A stretch of DNA of 64,000 bases, taken from the NCBI GenBank assembly GCA_002633005.1, contig NMRA01000318.1:137452-201451 (forward strand). The letters run 5' to 3'. Shown here one piece after another: positions 13,081 through 26,400 of the stretch. The position numbers were made by a program, and so were the translations under genes. The DNA comes from Phoronis australis (lineage: Eukaryota; Animalia; Phoronida). How positions within the stretch are numbered: the first letter of the stretch is position 1; every line of letters begins with the position of its first letter. Below the pieces are notes generated by a model. That model was not told where the DNA came from. It saw only the letters and a list, made by a program, of their open reading frames with translations, and did not search any database.

Positions 13081-14080
13081 ACGTAGCCTACTACACACAG
13101 ATTTTATCACCGACTTTTCATCTACGCGATATTGAAGTGTAGGCTACTCCCAAGTCGCATTGCGCCGGCTCCGTAGCTCGGGACTAGGCCCGTTACCGAT
13201 CGCAACGGTTCGAGCTCGGACAAGATCTATAAAACTCACATTCGCCCTTATTCAGATTTTTGTTCCTTATTAATTATTCGGAAGTGGAACGTGGTTTCCG
13301 TGCTTGCAAAGAACTTGCACGGTTCGTATCCGGCGGTCTGCCGGTGTAGCATAAATAATGGCCCCGTGAAAAATGACATAATACTGAAAAATCCCCGAGT
13401 AGTTATTTCACGGGGTCTAAAATTAAACGATTCCTTAACTAACTTGCCGCGGCTGGGGTAGTCTACGGGGACCCGACGTGCACAGGAACTTAAAGGGAAG
13501 TCTGCGTTCTTTGCATTTTAACCGTAATTATTGTAGACCTACTGTAAAAAATTACCAATGAATTATATTTTAAAGTAGNACGTAGCCTAGCTACTACACT
13601 GACACAGATTTTATCACCGACTTTTAATTCCACGCGATATTGAAGCGTAGGCTACTCCCAAGTCGCAGCGCGCCGACTCCGTAGCTCGGGACTAGGCCCG
13701 TTATCGATCGCAACGGTTCGAGCTCGGACAAGATCTATAAAACTCACATTCGCCCTTATTCAGATTTTTGTTCCTTATGAATACTTTTATTCGGAAGTGG
13801 AACGTGGTTTCCGTGCTTGCAAAGAACTTGCACGGTTCGTATCCGGCGGTCTGCCGGTGTAGCATAAATAATGGCCCCGTGAAAAATGACATAATACTGA
13901 AAAATCCCCGAGTAGTTATTTCACGGGGTCTAAAATTAAACGATTCCTTAACTTGCTGGGGTCGGATCCGGGGACCCGCCGTGCACAGGAACTTAAAGGG
14001 AAGTCTGCGTTCTTTGCATTTTAACCGTAATTATTGTAGACCTACTGTAAAAAATTACCAATGAATTATATTTTAAAGTA
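13081..14080. repeat. ~500-bp near-identical tandem duplication joined at an N
   Basis: 13081-13578 matches 13580-14080 apart from a few SNPs and indels; n at 13579. Confidence 0.9.
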
Positions 14081-14334
14081 GTTCGCATTAAATTTAGACC
14101 CCATTAAAAAGCCACCTGGGTCTAGTCAACAAAATGACCCACCGCGGCGGAGTCATTTTTTTCACGGTGCAATTATTTAATGCTACCGGCCTCATGCAGT
14201 GACTAGTCCGACTGGTTCCGATACTAGTTCCATGACCAAACTCAAGTCTATGGAGGGATAGCCCCCTATAAACTGTATGGTGTGAAGTTCTTGAGCAAAA
14301 CATCTTAGTGAAGACAGCCCCTGCCGTAAGGCTT

Positions 14335-14390
14335 TTGACCACGTGACGTCATAAACCAGGAAACGGACCGAGTTTGAAGCAATATGGCGG
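14335..14390 (+). promoter_or_regulatory. ADAP proximal promoter motifs
   Basis: Overlapping E-box/CRE CACGTGACGTCA (14340-14351), ETS-like CAGGAAA, and YY1-like AATATGGCGG overlapping the ATG, within CpG-rich sequence. Confidence 0.45.
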
Positions 14391-14462
14391 AAAATCACAA
14401 GAGGGTCCTCTTGGAGCTCATGTCAAAAGAGGGAAATAATGTCTGCGCAGACTGCGGAGCGG
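14384..14462 (+). CDS. ADAP1: ADAP exon 1 (MAENHKRVLLELMSKEGNNVCADCGA)
   Basis: First CxxC of the ArfGAP finger; G|gtattt donor. Confidence 0.92.
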
Positions 14463-17400
14463 GTATTTTAATCTTTGTCTAAGATATGTTGTAACGATTT
14501 TCACTTGTCGTCAGGATTGTTGTGATAATTGCGTTTGGTTTGCCTAGTTATTATAAATTATCGTCACGTCAGTTTGTCTGCTTCAGATTTTATAGTGTAA
14601 AGTCAAAGACAGTCAGCAAAGCTCAACGAAAGTCCTTAAGGAAATAATTAGTCTCTGAAACTGAAACTGAAACTGGTACACGGCTATTGAAGCTGGCAAC
14701 ATGACCAAATGCGCCTCTAGAATCCATTCCCGCGATTCTGCAACAGGTGTCATAACGCGAAATGTTCGTGGTAGAATCTCTGGATTACGTACAGGGACTA
14801 TAAAAATTTGACACATTTTTATCAGCGATTTCAGTAGTTCACTATTCACTTGGCCTGTGGGGGCAATAGGCTAAACATGGTAATTACGCCTGGTCTGGCA
14901 ATGGAACTTAACGCGATCAGCTAAATATGTATTACGTGAAATCGCTTGTAATCGGCCGGCAAATAAAAGCTTGTGGTTTACTGAGGAGTTTTCACCAACC
15001 CGGAAATAAGGGGTGGTTTTTCGGGTCAGTCTATCACAACCAAAACTCGAGTTGGTCCTTAGTCAATACTCAGCTCTTAATTCTACACTTTCAAATTTTT
15101 TTAGACTTAAAACCCCATTTAGGGTCAACTGGTTTACCGACTATGAAGTTCCTTTAATTACCTTGCTGTTTCTAAAGAAGTGAAATAGTGAAGGATCAAG
15201 TTTGAAGTGAAGATGAAGTACACCCCTTCTATGGACAGTGCCACTGTCTTGGCTGGCTGTAGGGACGGTGAAACTCCTATAGGAGCTTCATTCGCAGGAA
15301 GCTTTTCAGCGAATCATGCCGCAAACTGATTAAAACATCAAAGTCACGTTGTACCTTTTGCTTATACAGGAACACGTTAGGAGGCGGTTGATGTCTTTAA
15401 TTCTTTCCAAGTGATGTCATATCTCCTTGTGCAAGCAGCATATCTCCTTGTGCAAGCAGTGTTATAAATGGCCAGTTGCCGATTTGGGCAACTGAATGAA
15501 GGATTGCTCGAAAAAAGTTTGCTTACTGGAGTATTTGTTCGAGTTGGAAGGAATTAAAGACAAGTGTGACCTCCTAAGATTTTCTTCTATGTAAGGAGCT
15601 TCACCGTCCTTACTGGCAGTCAAGATAGTGGCACTGTCTTAACCCCTTCTTATTAAGTGCTTAATTTTCGACTTCAGATTGTGCTTGGTGACCTGAAAAA
15701 AATCCCATGTCGCCATGAAGTCTCCACAATGAGTATTAAAGTACGACAATATAATTACCCCGAAATTCGGTTCAACATTTCTGGTGGCTTCTAAATTTTG
15801 AATTACTAACAGTTTTCCTTGATTTAATAAGTTTTGTTCACAGTTGTTCTGTTTATTTCATGAAATCAGTGCATTTTTTACCTCAGCAGTCAGCACACAT
15901 CAAGCACACACTTAAATTACAACAGGAATAAACAGACGGAAGTTGGAATTGTCCGGTAAAATTCTAGCAAGATTGGTAAATCACACGCCTCCAGTGTATG
16001 CGATGGTCTGCGTTCTATTCTTGGCGATCTCAGATTTCATATGGGGGCCTAGATTTTTTGCCAAATTCCACTTGCCATCTCTCAAATTGTAGGTATAAAT
16101 CGGTGACGGTGTATACCAAACTACTCGCGTCATATCCCCTGGTGAAAGCAGGGTAAAAGTGGCCATTTGCGAGTTTGAGCAACTGAAAGAAGGACTGATC
16201 CAAAAAAGTTTGGTTATAGGAGTATTTGTTTGAGTTGGAAGGAATTAATGACACCAAAGGCCTCCTAAGGTGTCCCTCTTTCCAGCTCGAACAAATACTT
16301 CCGTAGTCAAACTTTTTCGATTAGTCCTTTGTTCAGTTGCCCGTATTGGCGACTGGTTGTTTTTTACACTGCTTGCTGCAGGTTATCGCCCCTTGGTTAT
16401 GTCCCTGATGACTAATTTTTGGTCAATCAAATTTCACCTATGGCTACATCATGCTAGCCTTGTGAGTTTACATTTTTACTTTTCATAGAGGTATGGGACA
16501 GAGAGGCAATATTTTGTAAATCGTTGGATCATTACCTTGTTTTGCAGCTGTGAATAATAAGTGTGAGCTGTGTCAGTACTCTCAGTATTCAAGTCTTAAC
16601 TGAAATGACATGTGAACAACTTGTGTAAATTCAGGCGGGATAGGCGAACTATCGTGACTTGGCATAGTTTTCAATTACCATTAAGTTTTTGTTTCAGTTT
16701 CTTAAATATCACCACATCAGAAATTGGCTTCAAAGGAGTAGGCTCAAGGTTAACAATGGCCTTAAATTATGATACAAGAAGTTACATACACGACAGGCAA
16801 ACCTTCTCAGACCACTAGCAACACATTTTATAAATAGACATCCATACCACATCATGAACAGAAAACTTCTTTGATTGTCTGGCAGTTGCAACAACATTTG
16901 TTACATTCACATATTGTCTTCAACTTAGTCTCTGCTTAATGACAGCAGCTTTTAAATACTGAGTTGACGTAAAAGCAGGGTTGGTGAGATGCAGTCCCAG
17001 TGCACGATTTACATTATAAAGCATATAGAAAAGTCCTAGTCTATGCCATAAAAAGGCATTTGAGTACATGGTGATATATGCACCTGGTGCAGCCAGCCAC
17101 TTCAAGCAAACGATGACAACCGATTTTAAGTAAAATTCACACTATGTATTGGAATTACCAATTAAAGTTACAAAACTTATAACAATATTGATTGAATGCT
17201 GATGAGTTTGAAATTTATCCTAATCGTGGAATCGTTCCATTCCATAAGGATGTCATCAGATCTCGTGGTGAACTGACATTCTTAGTATTTTCATCCAGTG
17301 TTTGAAATCTTTTTAGAATTTTCTTACAACAGCTTCTTATTTAAAACGACTTATTCTTATTAAAATGACATAGGCAAGAATTGAATTTCAGGCCTCAAAA

Positions 17401-20400
17401 GTGGTGCCTCGCCAAAAGGTGGTCGAAAAGCGGAGCATTTATATTAATACAGGTAGACCCGCCGAGAGGCGGTCGAAAACCGGGGCCCTCTATATTAATA
17501 TAATACCCGTTCTTGTAAATTTTGTTTTCAGATCTGAACAAAGATGCAGACAAGTGGGCAGCTTACAACTTGGGCATATTCATCTGTACCAAGTGTGCGG
17601 GAGTCCATAGGAGTCTAGGTGCCCACATCAGTAAAGTGAAGTCGGTAACACTCGACAAGTGGGACGATGACCAAGTAAAGGCAAGTATCAGGCCTTGAAC
17701 ATTTGAACTCAGGCAGGGCTGCTTTCAGTGTGGCTAATATAGTTTGTCAATACTGCGTATTAAGTTCAAACTACTAAAATGAAGCTCTCATGCGAGTTTT
17801 GCTGGTGATGCAACAACCTCGCTAAGGAAAACTAGAAAAGCGACCTCTGTGAATTGGACAGCTGCATCAGAATGTTGAATTGTGGTAGAAAATTCACTAT
17901 TAGCATTGCATTAGCCAGAGATTCCATGCCTAAAGTGTCTGATGACTGTAGGCCCCTTTGGAATGCAGCCCATTTGAACCTGTGTTCGCTCGTTATTTGT
18001 GCAAACATGGCATTGAGTAGTGCTTGGAAAGCCAGGACACGTGTTTGCAAAACTGAGCTTTTTCTGCTCAGGATTTTGTGCAAACTAAAGATTACGTAAT
18101 AATTGTCCAAGTCATGGAAAAATGACTTATAGTCTGAAAGTGTAAGAAATATGTGACTATATTAAAGAGATGTGGATTACCGCAATGAAAGATTCAGACA
18201 CAAACTCACACTACACAATTTGAGGGATGTTTGGATATTCCCAAGTAGAAACTGCAATATGGTTTGAAAATGAATTTAATCTTTTACTGGACATGTCTTG
18301 TTAGACCTGTACCCGATAGCGACAGTGTCCCAAAGCCTTTCCACAAATTTCTGTCACCTTAGTGTGTGTGTTTTCACCCATCCCAGCTGATTTTGTCAAA
18401 ATCATCTGGTTTGTTGTTTGTATGCACTACTGTTTGTATGTGCCAAGTATTTTTTGAAACCTTTTTAGAAAGGGGCACCAATTAATTTTCATCAACCTAA
18501 GCTTTGGTTAAAACTGTGAAACTTGACAACCCTCAAAACAAATCCTGATCCAACAGTTCTTATCATGCTAGTGTCACCATTGCTGTGGACAAGACAATTC
18601 CCATTGTAAAAATGAAAATGGCCACCTGAAGTTACATGTCTTGATTGCAAAGTCCATGCTGTCCGAGGTTTGCATAAGTGAATACTGAAGTAATAGCCAT
18701 TTACAGAGTTCCCCTTTAAGTGACTATTACTACCCGTGTAACTGGATCACTCTCTGCTCTGTTTCAGATGATGGAGTCTGTAGGGAACACACGTGCTAAG
18801 GTCAAGTATGAAAGCTTGGTGCCCGTCTGCTACAAGAGACCCAATGCTTCCAGTGTTCAGTAAGACATTTATTGTAATTGTATTTAGTCCTTCAGCTCTT
18901 AAGTATATCAATCATCCAACATTACACTGCTCTTAAGCAGCTATCGTGTTGAATACATTTTCGGAACATCATTAATTTATGATTGTTTAAAACCTCATAC
19001 TGCTGCTGTTGTCATAACATATCCGTCTTCAATCTGGAGGAAATCAGGTTTACATGGCAACTTTCTCTGAACCTAATCTACAGAAAACCTCTTTGGGTAG
19101 TCCTGACATTGCAAATGTGGCAAATCTCATCTGATTGGGTTTCATGATACTGCTGACCCATTACAAATATCTCTCGTTCCAGACAGACGTGGTTGCCAAA
19201 TCCAGGTTTTAAATCTACCCTTTTTAAGCATTCTTGTAAACAGTTGTTTTTGTTGATCTTCATGACTTGTACATCAAGCTTTAAGAGTTACTTCACCCAC
19301 TCTGTTACTGCTGAGAAATTTTAATAATGTAGTAAGTGCTCCGCTCAACACAAAGGGATTAGATCAACGTCTGTGATATTGTGGTTTGATTGCGCTTGTG
19401 GTTCTCGTACAAAATAATCTAATGATAAAATGATAAAGGCTAGTAAGTTTCTGACGACAACATATCAGTTGCGAGCAGACATCCCCATTACTGGCACAAT
19501 TCCATCTGCCTAATTGAGTTCAACAATAAACAGAATTTCTCCTACAGTATTTTCCTAAATGTGGATGTTCAAGTCATAACTTATTCTTGCTTAAAGCCAT
19601 GCACATCACCGTCTTGAAAACATTGTTATGATGTGGAAGCCTTTTTGTTTATTTTGTAATGCGTTGTGCTCATATTTTTTGTAAACCAAGAAGTGGCTTA
19701 ATGATTTATTCTACTTGCATTTTTATTCGATCCTATAATTGCTGCAAATGGCTCTAAAAACGTGGTGTTATAGCAACGGTAAACGGTTTCTAAAATGCCT
19801 AATGTGTTCTATTACAAGTTATGTGGTTGACGTGATTATTTTTAGGGTTGTGCGCGAGCAGTGGATTCGAGCAAAGTATGATCGCTGTGAGTTTATGGAC
19901 CCCAACAAGCAGAGTTACCTGACGGGCGAGAAGGAGGGAAACCTCTGGAAGAAGGGTAAGGACGACAACAAATTCCAGAGTCGGCGGTTCGTTCTGTCCA
20001 TGAAAGAGAACAAGCTAGAGTACTTCGTTAAAAATGTGAGTCAGTGACTTGTTTGTTGAATTCTTTAAAGATACATTATCAGTCTTTCAGTGGGATAGAC
20101 TTCTTGACTAGTTTAAGAGCAGCTATAATTTTATTTCTTGCTGCTCATTAAAAATTGTATTCATGTGTGCGCGCGCGTGTTGGTGCGTGTGCAAGGCTTG
20201 GAATTTTCCATGGAAACGCGGATTTCCGCTTTTTCCTCTTATTCCCTCCACGTACTTTTGTTATATTTCCGTGGAAAAAATCGGATTCGCCATAAAATTA
20301 TTGCGGCAAATTGGTTTCTCACCGTAGCGTTGCCAATGACTCGAAAAGTGGAAACTGCTCTTTATGTTTCGGAGGAACGAAAATTGTAATTGCCAGGGCT

Positions 20401-23400
20401 CCTGCGATCATAGGCGCTCGAATTTTCCGATGACTCATAACCATATATAAGAAACATGTTTTTTTAGTTGTGAGTTACGTCAGTGGCGATCGAGGAACAG
20501 ATAAATTCAAGCGCCTGTGCCTGGGGTAGAGGGGTTCATCAATAGGGTCTACATGTGGTATAAAATCGCCGTGACAAATAGTGCGATTCTGCGGTCAAAA
20601 ATGCATGGAGCGTGGAGTAGACAGAATATTTCGTGGAAAAAATGAATATTAAGAAACGGGTCAATGTCTTCACAAACAACATAAGTTAAGGTTTGTGCTC
20701 TGTAAACTTTGATAGTGAAACAATTATGGAGTGCGTGTCCAAGTCACCTTGGACTAAGTTGGAGTCGGAAGACCGACTGAAAACGATGAAACACTAGAAA
20801 TAACAACGCTTCCTGAAAGGAAATTCAACCGTAACCGGTTATTCGTTGGATTGGAATCGTGGGATGTGAGTGATGTATGAAATTCTTTTGTTTGAGCCCA
20901 CGTGCACGCCCGCTGGCTGCTAGTGCTAGGCCTGACCACTTGATTGCAATTTTCTACGTGCCGCCGAAACGGGATACAAAGCGCTATTTTTGTTACTGCT
21001 AAAAAACGCATTTAATGTTATTTCAATTTATTTTGACATTTTTCGTGTTCTATTTTGTTACTTGAGTTTTGCAATTAAAGAGAGAAGGGATCACGTGACA
21101 GATTCTGAATGATCTGATTGGTCTAAGCCATTGTTTACAAATTCTGCCAGCCTATTTTCAGTGTCCTTGTAGTTATTTCTTATGTCACATAGTTTCTTCT
21201 TTATCAGCGTGGCTTATGAACAATTAACTCCTGTAATTACTGTTTGAAACTGAAAAATTTAGCCAACTTAGGATTGTGATTGGTATATTTAAAGTTTAAA
21301 GTATGTCGTTTTTGACTTACATTTTTCCATGCTAACAATTGGGGTATGAGCCACAGGTTTTCGTCTTGACTTTTTTCATTTACTTTGGAATTAAATTTTT
21401 TGTTGGAATTAAATGTATTTCAGGCTTTCCATATAATCTATATGGATCGATTTTCAAATTCTTTTTGTAATTTTGTATCGTAATTATAAGAATTGAAAAT
21501 AGTTTTATAGGTCTCCCTGCAGCAAATCAAGAATAAGCTCCTGCCACTCACACTGCAAATTTTGCATCATCTTTATTATTTTAAAAATATCTTTTGTTGC
21601 ATCTAATTTACCTTCATTGTTGTTGCTGAAATAGATGTCAAGTACTGCTTAAGATGAGTGCGTTTTGCCAACACGACACAGTTACAGGGCATCTTGTGAT
21701 AATAATGTTTACTTTCGAGCTGTTGAGGTATGGTTTAGATTGAAATGTGTATTTAGGGCTGTAAAAATTTCCTCATTTTTTGTCATGGGTCATTCCAAGC
21801 CCTGTTGTATTCGTGCGTTTGTTTGTGTGTGTGTGTCCGTGCGCGTGTTCGTGCATGTGTTCTTTCGTGTGGTCGTGCGTGTGTTCTTGCGTGTATGTGT
21901 TTGTGTCAGTGCCAAACAGCAGCCTTAAGGAGAACACTGATATAGTTAGTATCATCATTTCCTTACCAGCACTTAGATTACCATAATTTGAAAGATATAT
22001 CATAAGAACTTAGGAACGTTGCTGTAAGTGGCTCTACATTATTTTGCATTTCACCCCACTCCTAGATAATAAAGGGACTAAATCACCTTTCACTACGTAT
22101 ACTGAAGGTACAAAAACTCTGATAGAGAACTATTCCCACACAAAAAAGGAACTTTTACCTTTAAAAAGTTGTGACACGTCACAATATGAAATAAACAAAT
22201 TTGGGACAAAATGCAATTAATGATGATTCGTTGGTTCTTGTTGTTATGTCAGATGTCAGTAAACATTTGTCTTCCTAGGCTAACCAGCCGAAGGCTGTAA
22301 TCCGTCTCGATGAAATCAATGCAACATTTGTGCCAGACAAGATTGGAAATATTAATGGACTTCAGTTGACCTATCCGACAGACAAAGAAATCCGCCATCT
22401 TTACCTCTTTGCTGAAGACGGAAAGGTAATAGTAATGACATTGGTCAGTCACGCATTCGGTAACACAAGAGTCTCTCAATACGTATAGCTTATTATCATA
22501 CCTTGTGGCCATAAACTCATAATACGGATTACAACAATTTGCAATGATGGAAAATCTTGACTTATGGAAGAGAAATTGTGAAATATTTCCAATAATTCAG
22601 CATTCCAATTTCACCAGTCACTTCAGTAGAGGTCATGAGGTAGTGAGCTGATCCGCTGAGTAGTAGGGTTTCGCTAACATGATCTTGCGTACTTTTGCCA
22701 AAGTTGAAAGAAACTCACTTTGAGGATTGCTCGAGCCCCATGTTCTCTATGGGGGGAATGAATACCATGATGTGTCGTTAGAGCTAGATTATATTGCAAT
22801 GGTTGTATGCTCTCTAACATTCTGATTAGGTCTAAACTCTCACTGCTGGCTCAAACTTCAGTCAAGGTGCCATGCGTCGTAAGTAACAGTGCTTCCTCAT
22901 TTTTGTTTCGATTTCCTTTTACTTGATTTCCAGTTTCCTCATTTTTCATTTCTTTGCAATCATTATTTTGACTTCATCCATGCTAAAAACGTTTTTTTGC
23001 TATTAAATTTTACTACACAAAATTTATGTCTATCACATAAGCCTATTTATTTGAAGATCGCTACGTCCCTGGGAAAATTTTCCTCTTTTTTGCCATTAGC
23101 CATTTAATATTTCAAGCACTGTATTAAGTCAAGCTTGAGTCACACTACCAACCGGAATAAGTCAAGTTAGCGTCTATTGAAGCAATTGGTGAACTCCATT
23201 TGGTCCATGGTGTTGTCTTTTGCAATCATTAACTCGATACATTAAAGAACAGAAACAAAGGCTTCTGTTCTAAAAGTGAATCAAAGCGTTTGTTTCAAAC
23301 ATGGCACTGAACTTGGCTTTAACCTGGAATGAAAATGAGTGTTCGGCTGGATGGTGAAAGTAATGTGACCAAAGAATGTCAGGTTAGTAGTATGCCTACT

Positions 23401-26400
23401 TGGGGTATCGCTTTAGTATGTCATGCTTAATCCTCAAGATTTGATAAAGCATAACTTTTTCCATGGTCTTGGTAGTGTCGAAATGATGTGTAAGCAAGTA
23501 TATGACATTCTGGGCTTGGCTATTCAAAAACATAGGGGGTAATAAAACAATTATCTTCTCGGACAGGATCATAAACCCTTTGTTAAGCTGTGTTTACAAA
23601 TACTAGAGAACTGGGACAGCTGTATAACTAAGAGCTGGGTCCACAAAGAACTACTTTCACTGACAATCTATTTTCTATGTCAAGGGCTGTTGTGTGTGAA
23701 TGACACCCATGATTTACAACAGTCCACAAAATTAAGTCACTATGCGAAATAGTTACCTCCTCTAAGACCATGATGAATTATTTATTTTTGCTACCTTGTC
23801 AGTACAGAATAATCAATTGGTAAACTTGCTATCTTTTGACATCACTGCAAATGTGCAGAACTTAATGTGTTTTCTAAAATAAAAATGTTGTTATGCAGAC
23901 CATGTTAACGAGTACAATTTTTTTTTAAAGTTATTTTTACAAAGAAAACAGAATTTCACTTGTGCACTATAACAAGTCATCAACTGAAGAATGTTTACCT
24001 TTCAAAAAGGAAGTTCAATGTAAAACCAAACATTTTGGTCCTGGAGGGGGTATCTAGTCTGCACAGTAGCTTAGAATTTTGCAGGTGGTTGTAAATCATA
24101 GGTGTCTTCCACACACACAGAAGGTCTGTGAAAGCAGTTCATTGTTGACCCAGCGCATAGTCTTACAACTATCCTAGTTGGACTGTGTAACTATATAAAA
24201 CCTTTACCAAGGGTTTATTTGTCCTGGCTGAGAAGGTGTTTTATTATGCCCTATGGATAACTGAACAGATGAGCCTTGAACGAACTACTGAATTGGGTCA
24301 TCAAAATACTTTGGTCATATTAATGGACATTCATCTGTATTAATAGAACTTCCATCTTCCAGGATATCGTCGACTGGTACAATGCGATTCGCAATGCCAA
24401 GCTATACCGATTAAGAATTGGACTTCCGACTTCCTCAGACGAAGAAGTAAGTCTTTAGTAATCAGAATCGAGTGATGAACATTGGAAAAATACATTGGTT
24501 TTTATTATTATTATTTTATTTCATTGAAAATCATTCTTTTTTTTCACTGTACATCATTTGATGATTTCACCGAGTTCTCATATCCAGAATGTCAAACACA
24601 ACATAATCATTTTCGAATTTAGTTCCCCAATGTGAAGCTTGGAATTCACCAGGTGGCATTAGTTAAGAAATTGTTCACCATGTGACAGTAGCTATGAAAT
24701 GGTCCACCCGTGTGCATGAATGCACGCATTCAGTTTGCTCAAGTAGCTCACTTATCCCCAAATCCCCCTTTGTGCTTGGTGAACATCTTTCTGTTCTCGC
24801 TTATTCCAATAACAGAAAGAGTACAAGTCCCAGTCTTTGCTGGCGCCACCTATTGACCATTGAGTCGCACATTAACTGGAACGCCTTCGAAGTCACCAGC
24901 TATTGACCAATGAGTCTCACATTGCTGGAATGGCTTCGCTATGTATGTCCGCCTTCTTTACTTAAGGTTGTGGGTTCGAGTCCCACTGGGCCACACTGCT
25001 AGACCCTTGAGTCAGGTTTCTAGCGCCTCAGCTGAGTTTTAATTAAGTATATATTAATAAAGCACAAAAATAGTTCCAGGTGATCAGTGCAATGGGCCCA
25101 CATGCGCTGCCACCAATTTAAAAAATTTAGTGGCTTCGCTGGCACCACTAAGGAGTCTCACATTACTGGAATGGCTCGTAGCAATTTTGTCCCCTTGCCA
25201 ATCTTATGAATGAAAATGGTCCTTGTTTGTAATCAATGAGATTTCACTAAGTGTACTATAATGACGTCACTTGTGGAATCATCTCCAGTAGCCGTTGTTC
25301 ACATCTTTGTAAATCCCATTTATGAAATTATTGAGTGAAATGCTTCGGTAATGTGATGTGTTGCTTTTATTTGAACCATGTCAGGCTTTTCAAAATTTCA
25401 GACAGTCTGTTGTTGGCTTCGTTGGAACGATGAAGTTTATTATCTTAAATGTCACTTTATGCCCTATTGTGCCTCTCTAAAACATCCTTTTTTCTTTTAA
25501 GAATGTTTTACATTCGTTACCAAAATATCTCTTTGAAGCTATATGGTAGCATGCTTGATAAAAAGTAAAACTTCTAGGAATCTGCAAGTACTTCCTTGAC
25601 AGTTTCGTGGAATGTTGGCTGAGTGTCTGATTGCAGATATGAACTAAGGAATGCTCCCAGGGAGTACTTCAGAAGTAGGTGAACTTATGAAGAAACTACT
25701 GTAACAATGAACATCTCTGGGCCAACTGGTTGGACATTTTTTATGGATGAACTTTTTTGAGCAGACACTGAGAAACTTGGATATTTTGTCCAAAGTATTT
25801 ATCAGTGCTTGGAATGACCAATGGACAAAAACAGGAAAATTCTCTAGGCATATTTGATAGAAATATTTTTTGTGTTGTGAAATTTAATTGCAAGAATTTT
25901 TTGGCATGAATAAAGTCAAAGTAATGATAATGAAAAGCCGAAAAAAGAGCAAACTGGAAATTAAGAGGAAATCAATACAAAGAAGAGGAAATCCTTTTAA
26001 GAAGAAAATACCAAGCCTTGATTTATAGTGAAATGACATTGTGTGTTCGTCATGCACACTACACAACAAAAGTAATTGGACAAAATATTGTTTCCCTGTC
26101 ATGATGGCTTATTATGTTTACAGCAAAAATGGCTGGCAGTAACCAAGGGGCAAATGTGAAATCGTGAATGGCTTGGTCACCTTTACTAACTTACTTGTTA
26201 ATTCCCTTTCATTCTTGGTCTGAAGATAAAGTCAGTTTTTGCCCAACTGTCATGACGGGGAACTCCGGGTCATGCACACTGTTGAGTTGTACTGTAGGTA
26301 TCCCCATCAGAAAGTGCGTAGTGTCAGCCTTAGGTCACAATGGACTAACACAGTGTCAAAGAACAAGAAGTGATCAAATGACATGCCCTTAAACAAGTAC

